This document shows positions 1 through 5,188 of a DNA stretch of 16,315 bases, one piece after another. A model generated the notes under the pieces. The model searched no databases, was not told the DNA's origin, and saw only the letters and a list, made by a program, of their open reading frames with translations. Positions within the stretch are counted from its first letter, which is position 1. Every line of letters begins with the position of its first letter. The position numbers were made by a program, and so were the translations under genes. The stretch is from IMG/VR virus record IMGVR_UViG_3300024265_000603, positions 1 to 16,315 of that record; one strand, 5' to 3'.

Positions 1-315
1 CTTAAAACTGCACTTCCGAGCCCCTACTCATACCCTAACAAGACCAATCCTGAGATACTCTATGTATCGTAGTATAGGCAGAATACTTACTAAGTAAGAG
101 ATGGAGGGTTGTAAGAGGGTATGAGCAAAGAGGTACGATTATACAGAGAGTAGGTTGAGTTAAGAGTAGGGAGTGAGAGAGAATAGTTTGAGAGAGGTTG
201 TTTGGTTAAGGGTTGGTTGAGTGAGGTGGTTGTTAAAGAGGTGTAGAGAGATTGATTTAAAGAGGTGTTCTTAGAATGAGAGGTAGAAAGTGGTAAAGGG
301 GTTTTAAGAGTAGAC
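1..315 (+). repeat. Left terminal inverted repeat
   Basis: 1-291 is the exact reverse complement of 16025-16315; after a short mismatched patch, 301-315 matches 16001-16015. Confidence 0.98.
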
Positions 316-514
316 CAATGTTTAAGAAAATGAATTTGGATAGTTGATTTAGTGAGGTGTTATTAGAATAAACTTTAGGTAGAATAAGGGTGTAATATAT
401 TTGGTATAGAGAGTGTGAGAATTGAAATGTAATATTGATTGTAGACATAAAAGAAGGGATTTAAAAAATTAACTCAGGAAGGAAAATGAAAAAAGAAAAG
501 GGTTGATTAAAGAG

Positions 515-631
515 TTAAAAGAATATAAAATAAGGAATTTCTTTTGATGTTAAGACTATTATTAAACTAAATATAGCAAGGATAAGTAAAATTAAAACAA
601 TAATTAATCCTTCTAACTTTATATTATTCAT
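515..631 (-). CDS. 38-aa single-TM membrane peptide (MNNIKLEGLIIVLILLILAIFSLIIVLTSKEIPYFIFF)
   Basis: Hand-translated; ATGA overlap with the stop of the upstream ORF; hydrophobic; followed by a T-rich tract. Confidence 0.6.
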   Translation of the reverse strand: MNNIKLEGLIIVLILLILAIFSLIIVLTSKEIPYFIFF

Positions 632-813
632 AAGAAATATTCATATTCATTGTTATTATCTACACCATTACAGATACAAGTAAAATAAGTATAAACAAAA
701 TAATAAGGAAAAATAATACTTCTAAATATAAAATGTATATTTAAACTTAAAGGAAGTAAGAAGCTAACAAATAACCATAATATAAATATTATTTTTCTTG
801 TTATTATTTTCAT
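628..813 (-). CDS. Small membrane protein, 61 aa (MKIITRKIIF...)
   Basis: 3' part of track ORF 628..891; start moved to the ATG after the GTGAATAATATG junction motif. Confidence 0.55.
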   Translation of the reverse strand: MKIITRKIIFILWLFVSFLLPLSLNIHFIFRSIIFPYYFVYTYFTCICNGVDNNNEYEYFL

Positions 814-818
814 ATTAT

Positions 819-908
819 TCACATTCTTATAATGATATCTAATATTAATGTTGTAAATAAAGCTATAATTGATAATATTAATATAATACAATAATACTTT
901 TCTTTCAT
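819..908 (-). CDS. 29-aa membrane micropeptide (MKEKYYCIILILSIIALFTTLILDIIIRM), paralog of 2302..2394
   Basis: Hand-translated; junction motifs on both sides; clear similarity to 2302..2394. Confidence 0.65.
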   Translation of the reverse strand: MKEKYYCIILILSIIALFTTLILDIIIRM

Positions 909-909
909 A

Positions 910-1134
910 TCATTCACTTTTTAAGTAAGAAAAGAATTTATAGAAATCAATTATTTGATTTAAAGAATAAAGAAATTTTGTTTGATTTTGAATATATATA
1001 ATATATTTATCTCTTATTTTATTAATCTCTTTAATTTTTTGTTTGTTTGATAATTTATTATCATCTATTATTAAATAAGAATTAATAAGACAATCAAAAC
1101 CTTTTTTATAAAGTTTATATTTTTCTATACTCAT
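910..1134 (-). CDS. Hypothetical protein
   Basis: Track ORF 910..1143; ATG at 1134 preferred over GTG; ends KSE*. Confidence 0.7.
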   Translation of the reverse strand: MSIEKYKLYKKGFDCLINSYLIIDDNKLSNKQKIKEINKIRDKYIIYIQNQTKFLYSLNQIIDFYKFFSYLKSE

Positions 1135-1139
1135 ATCAT

Positions 1140-1352
1140 TCACTCTAAATAACTTATTTCTTTTACCTTATTATCTTTTAATATTTTTACTTGGTCATAA
1201 ATAAATATATCTGTAATACCTTTTAAGAAATGACTACTATTAATATATTTTCTAAATATCTTTATTGCTTTAAGAATATTTTTCGCTTTACATATTAATA
1301 CTATGCTATTATAAGATTCATTACAAATATTTTTTGTATAATAAGTTTTCAT
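1140..1352 (-). CDS. Hypothetical protein
   Basis: Track ORF 1140..1361; ATG after the junction motif. Confidence 0.7.
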   Translation of the reverse strand: MKTYYTKNICNESYNSIVLICKAKNILKAIKIFRKYINSSHFLKGITDIFIYDQVKILKDNKVKEISYLE

Positions 1353-1353
1353 A

Positions 1354-1533
1354 TTATTCACTTTTAATATGTGTAAAACTTGAAATATAAGGATAAGTAA
1401 AATATCCTTCTTTTAATGACATATTTAACCATTCTATTAAACATTTAATACATAGATTAGATGAGTTAAATATAAATCCTTTAATGTGAACATATTCATT
1501 TATTTCTTTTTTACATTCACTACATTTTGTCAT
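1354..1533 (-). CDS. Small C4 zinc-finger protein
   Basis: CSEC...CIKC; ends KSE*; track ORF 1354..1542. Confidence 0.7.
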   Translation of the reverse strand: MTKCSECKKEINEYVHIKGFIFNSSNLCIKCLIEWLNMSLKEGYFTYPYISSFTHIKSE

Positions 1534-1534
1534 A

Positions 1535-1750
1535 TCATTCACTTTTTAATTTGTTAATTCTCTTATATATTCTTTTATTAATTTGTATTAATAATAAGTC
1601 AATTAAGCCTAAAATAATTGTTGTTAAATGTATAGTTAATCCTTTAATTCCAGTTAAACTAATTATCCATAAAGGAATAATATAAATAAAAATTCCAAAA
1701 ATTAAATGATGTATTAAAAAGCTTAAAGTTTCTAATGTTTTAAGTTTCAT
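1535..1750 (-). CDS. Small two-TM membrane protein
   Basis: Two hydrophobic segments and a basic tail; ends KSE*; track ORF 1535..1759. Confidence 0.7.
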   Translation of the reverse strand: MKLKTLETLSFLIHHLIFGIFIYIIPLWIISLTGIKGLTIHLTTIILGLIDLLLIQINKRIYKRINKLKSE

Positions 1751-1755
1751 ATTAT

Positions 1756-1893
1756 TCACTTATATTCTATTTGATAACCACTAATTAAATCTTTTTTAAT
1801 TAATTCTTTACAAAATTTATCTATTTCACTATAGATTGATGTAAAAGGTTCACATTCTTTTAATTTAACAATAAAATCAACTTTATATGACAT
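1756..1893 (-). CDS. 45-aa hypothetical protein (MSYKVDFIVKLKECEP...)
   Basis: Hand-translated; exactly fills the gap between two junction motifs. Confidence 0.65.
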   Translation of the reverse strand: MSYKVDFIVKLKECEPFTSIYSEIDKFCKELIKKDLISGYQIEYK

Positions 1894-1894
1894 A

Positions 1895-2053
1895 TTATTC
1901 ACTTTTTATTAATTTCTCAAGTCTAAAAAGTACTTCTATAATAGATAAATAATAATTAGTTGATACTTTGATACTTCTAATCAAATTTTCATTTAATTTA
2001 TCTACTTTTGTTTCTATATCTTTTATTGTTTGTTCTATTCTATATATTTCCAT
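1895..2053 (-). CDS. 52-aa coiled-coil-like protein (MEIYRIEQTIKDIETKVDKLNENL...KSE)
   Basis: Hand-translated; junction motifs on both sides. Confidence 0.65.
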   Translation of the reverse strand: MEIYRIEQTIKDIETKVDKLNENLIRSIKVSTNYYLSIIEVLFRLEKLIKSE

Positions 2054-2061
2054 ATTATTCA

Positions 2062-2100
2062 CTTTTGGATAACTACGTTTTTGTAATTATCTTACAAAAG
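2062..2100 (-). promoter_or_regulatory. Bulged intergenic hairpin H1
   Basis: - strand CTTTTG-TAA-GATAATTAC-AAAAAC-GTAGTTATC-CAAAAG; one U.G wobble. Confidence 0.7.
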
Positions 2101-2110
2101 AAAAAATTAA

Positions 2111-2296
2111 TTATAATCTTATATCTACTCTTTCAATATCATTTAGATTAGTAATTAGATAAGTACCTAATTCAAAATAACTCATTTCTGATTCTTTATA
2201 ATTAATAGTATGATAATCTTTATCATATATTCTAACAAGAAACTTTTGTTCTTTACTAATCTCTAATGCTTGACCAATAATATCCTTTAATTCCAT
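2111..2296 (-). CDS. Hypothetical protein
   Basis: Track ORF 2111..2305; ATG after the junction motif. Confidence 0.7.
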   Translation of the reverse strand: MELKDIIGQALEISKEQKFLVRIYDKDYHTINYKESEMSYFELGTYLITNLNDIERVDIRL

Positions 2297-2301
2297 ATTA
2301 T

Positions 2302-2394
2302 TCACTTTCTTATGATTAAATCTATTATTATTGGTGTAAGAAAAGCAATAATTCCGTATATCAACACTAATATATAAAAGTATTTATCTTTCAT
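2302..2394 (-). CDS. 30-aa membrane micropeptide (MKDKYFYILVLIYGIIAFLTPIIIDLIIRK), paralog of 819..908
   Basis: Hand-translated; SD-like AAGGTG upstream; stop lies in the junction motif. Confidence 0.65.
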   Translation of the reverse strand: MKDKYFYILVLIYGIIAFLTPIIIDLIIRK

Positions 2395-2397
2395 ATC

Positions 2398-2670
2398 TTA
2401 CACCTTTTTATTTTCTGATTTCTTTTTATCATAGTTCAATTTAGCAATTCTTTCTATATCATAATATATTATTATAGCAGACATAATTATAATTCCACAC
2501 TTAATATAGAAAATTAAAGCTATTACAAAAATGCTTCTGAAATTCTTTACAAATAAACTTATAATAATAATATCTATAGCATTTATTATTATTATGCTAA
2601 ATAATGTTCTATGAAAAAGATTCCACCTTTCATTATTTAATTTAATTTTTTTAAATTGTAATTTTTTCAT
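2398..2670 (-). CDS. Two-TM membrane protein
   Basis: Track ORF 2398..2679; two hydrophobic stretches. Confidence 0.7.
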   Translation of the reverse strand: MKKLQFKKIKLNNERWNLFHRTLFSIIIINAIDIIIISLFVKNFRSIFVIALIFYIKCGIIIMSAIIIYYDIERIAKLNYDKKKSENKKV

Positions 2671-2678
2671 ATTATTCA

Positions 2679-2717
2679 CTTTTGGATAATTACGATTATG
2701 TAATTATCTTACAAAAG
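2679..2717 (-). promoter_or_regulatory. Bulged intergenic hairpin H2
   Basis: 6-bp lower stem, TAA bulge, perfect 9-bp GATAATTAC/GTAATTATC stem, 6-nt loop. Confidence 0.7.
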
Positions 2718-2723
2718 AAAATT

Positions 2724-3026
2724 TTAAATAATTATTGTATGATTAACTAAATTAATAGTATATATAGAATACCTTAATCTAATCAATAATGTAATTGCTT
2801 GAATTATTTCTTTATAGAATTCATCAAAATTAAGATGATTAGAAGGTATTTCTAAAGCTTCTTTACTCATTTCACCAATTTCCTCCATTATTATTACAAT
2901 CCACTTTTCAATAGTGTGAGTTTGATTAGGAAATTTTTTATCTTGAAATCTATATTCTTTCTCAATTTCTCTTAAAAATATTGATAATTTATTTTCTACA
3001 AAACTTTTCCAATTTTTATTTACCAT
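2724..3026 (-). CDS. MazG-like all-alpha nucleotide pyrophosphohydrolase
   Basis: E-x-x-x-Q-D-x-K-F, W-x-x-I-I-x-EEIGE-x-S-K-E and E-I-I-Q pattern typical of viral MazG-like proteins. Confidence 0.75.
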   Translation of the reverse strand: MVNKNWKSFVENKLSIFLREIEKEYRFQDKKFPNQTHTIEKWIVIIMEEIGEMSKEALEIPSNHLNFDEFYKEIIQAITLLIRLRYSIYTINLVNHTIII

Positions 3027-3037
3027 ATATTATTCAC

Positions 3038-3073
3038 TTTTGCTTAATCAGTAATTCTGATTAAGTATCAAAA
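3038..3073 (-). promoter_or_regulatory. Bulged intergenic hairpin H3
   Basis: TTTTG/CAAAA lower stem, 3-nt bulge, CTTAATCAG/CTGATTAAG stem, 5-nt loop. Confidence 0.7.
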
Positions 3074-3079
3074 ATAAAA

Positions 3080-3250
3080 TTATTTTCTATTGTATGGTTT
3101 AGTTCTTATTATTGTATCCACTACTAACTTAAATCTTTTACTAAATTCATAATGAATTATATCAAAATCAGAGTTATTTGGATTTGGTTTTAAATATAAG
3201 GTTAGTATTCTTTTATCTGTATTTACAATTACTTTATCAATTTCTTTCAT
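3080..3250 (-). CDS. 56-aa hypothetical protein (MKEIDKVIVNTDKRILTLYLKP...)
   Basis: Hand-translated; fills the gap between H3 and the upstream ORF. Confidence 0.6.
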   Translation of the reverse strand: MKEIDKVIVNTDKRILTLYLKPNPNNSDFDIIHYEFSKRFKLVVDTIIRTKPYNRK

Positions 3251-3252
3251 AT

Positions 3253-3519
3253 TTAATCAGTATCAGTCATTTTTATATTATTTAATTCATTATCTAAACT
3301 TTTAATTTTAATATTTGATATTGTTGTATCAATAGAAATTTGCTTTAATGTTAATTCATTAATAGCTTGTAATAATACAAGATTATTAAAACTGTGTAAT
3401 TCTCTTTTACTTAGACAATTTCTAAATTCTTGTATAAATAACTTTATAGTAGTAAAAGAAATATCTGGATAATTCATTAAAGTACTCTGAATCCAAATAA
3501 GAAATTTTTGTATTTTCAT
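3253..3519 (-). CDS. Hypothetical protein
   Basis: Track ORF; SD-like GAGGT and TAATG overlap with the upstream gene. Confidence 0.7.
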   Translation of the reverse strand: MKIQKFLIWIQSTLMNYPDISFTTIKLFIQEFRNCLSKRELHSFNNLVLLQAINELTLKQISIDTTISNIKIKSLDNELNNIKMTDTD

Positions 3520-3677
3520 TAATTTACCTCTGATTCTAATTTAAAGATTTTTACTATATAATTTCCTTTCGGTAAATTAAGTTCTTTTATATGGTTTGGA
3601 ATTCTAATTGTTAAATTTACCGGTGTATTATCTTTATATTTTTTCCAAATCCATTCAAATTTAAAGATTTCTTTCAT
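3519..3677 (-). CDS. 52-aa putative AbrB/SpoVT-like DNA-binding protein
   Basis: Hand-translated; LTIRIPNHIKELNLPKGNYIVKI resembles the AbrB swapped-hairpin pattern; junction motif upstream. Confidence 0.5.
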   Translation of the reverse strand: MKEIFKFEWIWKKYKDNTPVNLTIRIPNHIKELNLPKGNYIVKIFKLESEVN

Positions 3678-3686
3678 ATTATTCAC

Positions 3687-3722
3687 TTTTGCTTAATTAG
3701 TAATTCTAATTAAGTATCAAAA
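3687..3722 (-). promoter_or_regulatory. Bulged intergenic hairpin H4
   Basis: Same as H3 apart from a compensatory C-G to T-A change (CTTAATTAG/CTAATTAAG). Confidence 0.7.
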
Positions 3723-3728
3723 ATAAAA

Positions 3729-4160
3729 TTATTTAATTAATGAAACTATGTATACTTCAGCTTTACCTTTAAAGTTTGGTGTATCAATTTTAGCCATTGT
3801 TTTAGAAATTTGAATAATATGACCAATTAATTTTTCAAGTATTCCTTTAAAATGTTTTTGAATTAATACAGCCAATTGAAATTGAAAGCTTCTACCATTG
3901 GCATTAAATTGGTAAATGACATCATTCATTTCTAATAACATAGTATCATAAGTGTTTCCATCAGCAAATAAAGTCGGTGTAGGTAAAGAATGAACTTTTA
4001 CATTAAAAACATCAGAGACATTATCCCTTTCATTATAACTAACTTTTAATGTTGGTAATATATTAAGTTTTGAGACTTTATCCACTTTTTCCATTTCTAA
4101 ATTATCCATGAAGTTATAAACTTCTTTTTCTGTATCTTTTTCCTTTACCAAATTTTTCAC
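3729..4160 (-). CDS. Hypothetical protein, possible OB-fold ssDNA-binding protein
   Basis: 143-aa track ORF; beta-rich core ending in Y-x-V; lies near the replication genes; start uncertain (GTG 4160 or TTG 4151). Confidence 0.6.
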   Translation of the reverse strand: MKNLVKEKDTEKEVYNFMDNLEMEKVDKVSKLNILPTLKVSYNERDNVSDVFNVKVHSLPTPTLFADGNTYDTMLLEMNDVIYQFNANGRSFQFQLAVLIQKHFKGILEKLIGHIIQISKTMAKIDTPNFKGKAEVYIVSLIK

Positions 4161-4162
4161 TT

Positions 4163-4200
4163 CCTTTCACTAATTAGTTTATCTAATTAGTTTAAAAAAG
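4163..4200 (-). promoter_or_regulatory. Bulged intergenic hairpin H5
   Basis: - strand CTTTTT-TAA-ACTAATTAG-ATAAA-CTAATTAGT-GAAAGG; the lower stem pairs fully only with U.G wobbles on the - strand. Confidence 0.65.
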
Positions 4201-4218
4201 AAATTCTTAATTAGATTA

Positions 4219-4506
4219 TTAAAATTTAAATGATTCTTGTTCATTTTTACTTTTTGAGAATTTAGCTAATGTATTAGAGTAAGCTTCTGAAATAGAATCA
4301 AACATAGCTTCGACTTGTTCTGTACTGTATTCATAATTAACTCTTTTAGAACAATTACCAAGAATCCTTAAAGCTCTCAAAACATTTATTACTCTTAAGG
4401 GTGCTATTCTAAGAAAAGTTTCTGATTTTGTTTCTTTCTTTTCATTAGGCTTCTTATCTGTTTTTTTAACAGATTCCTTTTTTTCTACTTGTTTTTTATC
4501 TGGCAT
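4219..4506 (-). CDS. Conserved hypothetical helical protein (ETK...F-x-R-I-A-x-x-R...LGNCS...NYEYS-x-E-Q-V family)
   Basis: Track ORF; motif recalled from a widespread family of unknown function; first gene after the leftward TATA box. Confidence 0.8.
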   Translation of the reverse strand: MPDKKQVEKKESVKKTDKKPNEKKETKSETFLRIAPLRVINVLRALRILGNCSKRVNYEYSTEQVEAMFDSISEAYSNTLAKFSKSKNEQESFKF

Positions 4507-4540
4507 AATATTATACCTATATAATAAATGGTTTAGTTCT

Positions 4541-4553
4541 TATTTAAATCTTA
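4541..4553 (-). promoter_or_regulatory. Archaeal BRE/TATA promoter for the left-arm operon
   Basis: - strand TAAGA-TTTAAATA, ~35 nt upstream of ATG 4506; same core as the promoter at 15881. Confidence 0.6.
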
Positions 4554-4601
4554 TTTAGACAAGTAATTGGATTTGTTTAAACAATATATAAATAAATTTT
4601 G

Positions 4602-4651
4602 AAAAAGTGAAAAATGTTCATTTTAAATTAAAAAAAGTGAAAATTGTTCAT
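4602..4651. repeat. Two 20-bp direct repeats with an internal TGAA-N5-TTCA dyad (operator-like)
   Basis: AAAAAGTGAAAAATGTTCAT (4602-4621) and AAAAAGTGAAAATTGTTCAT (4632-4651), 30-bp period. Confidence 0.6.
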
Positions 4652-4705
4652 AGACCAATTTTGTTAAAAGCTTTCCATCATTTTATAGCATATCAACTTT
4701 TTAAA

Positions 4706-5188
4706 ATGAAAAATATGGTTTCTAAAGAGCAAAAAATAAAGGAAATTAAAGTAATCATAGGTAATAATCCTTCTCTTAATTCAAGTGAAACACTCAGGTT
4801 AATACAATCAGAAGGTTTAGGAATCCGTAAACAAGAATTTCAAACTTTATTTAGAGAACAGAGACAATTACCAGAACCTACAAAAGAGAAAAAAGAAAAA
4901 TCTGTACCTATAAAGTTTAGAAAGGGAATAGGAATAACCCCTATTGATAAACCAGATAAACCAAAAAAGGAGGGTCAATATGGAGTTATTGAAGTAATTG
5001 ATAATAAAGGAAATAGTTTTTGGATAAAGTATCAGAATAAAAAAGATTTTAATAGGCAATTAGAAAAAATTAAATCAAAATATTCTGTTAAAAAATTAAA
5101 ACTTGTTTCTCATGGCTTTAGAAATTATGTAGATTTCATTGATAAAGAGTTTAGGGAAATCTTAGAAACCGAGGGTATTATTTCATAA
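4706..5188 (+). CDS. Basic protein upstream of pPolB; candidate terminal protein or DNA-binding protein
   Basis: Track ORF 4607..5188, but its first 33 codons cover the regulatory repeats, so ATG 4706 or 4715 is preferred; S-x-x-x-L-R...GLGIRKQ helical motif. Confidence 0.7.
   Translation: MKNMVSKEQKIKEIKVIIGNNPSLNSSETLRLIQSEGLGIRKQEFQTLFREQRQLPEPTKEKKEKSVPIKFRKGIGITPIDKPDKPKKEGQYGVIEVIDNKGNSFWIKYQNKKDFNRQLEKIKSKYSVKKLKLVSHGFRNYVDFIDKEFREILETEGIIS

Noticed and set aside
257-448. 63-aa - strand ORF
   Set aside because: Runs into the TIR and G-rich tract; its composition mirrors the skew; no RBS motif
451-507. Inward-facing + strand promoter with mini-ORF MKKEKG
   Set aside because: Only 6 codons; equally explained as the T-rich terminator region of the - strand operon
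814-891. N-terminal part of track ORF 628..891
   Set aside because: Overlaps the better-supported 819..908 peptide; the junction motif points to ATG 813
2062-2100. Hairpins as canonical bulge-helix-bulge sites, K-turns or intrinsic terminators
   Set aside because: Single bulge with a 9-bp helix (BHB needs two bulges around 4 bp); no tandem G.A pairs; the U-tract precedes rather than follows the stem on the coding strand
811-3690. CRISPR array interpretation of the recurring motif
   Set aside because: The repeat is only ~14-16 nt, the spacing is irregular (roughly 95-650 nt), and the intervals are ORFs
4868-5059. 63-aa - strand ORF
   Set aside because: Antisense shadow of the 4706..5188 gene
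5154-5160. GGGAAAT slippery heptamer for a terminal protein-pol -1 frameshift
   Set aside because: It is phased to the polymerase frame rather than the upstream ORF frame, so it does not fit a canonical X XXY YYZ shift
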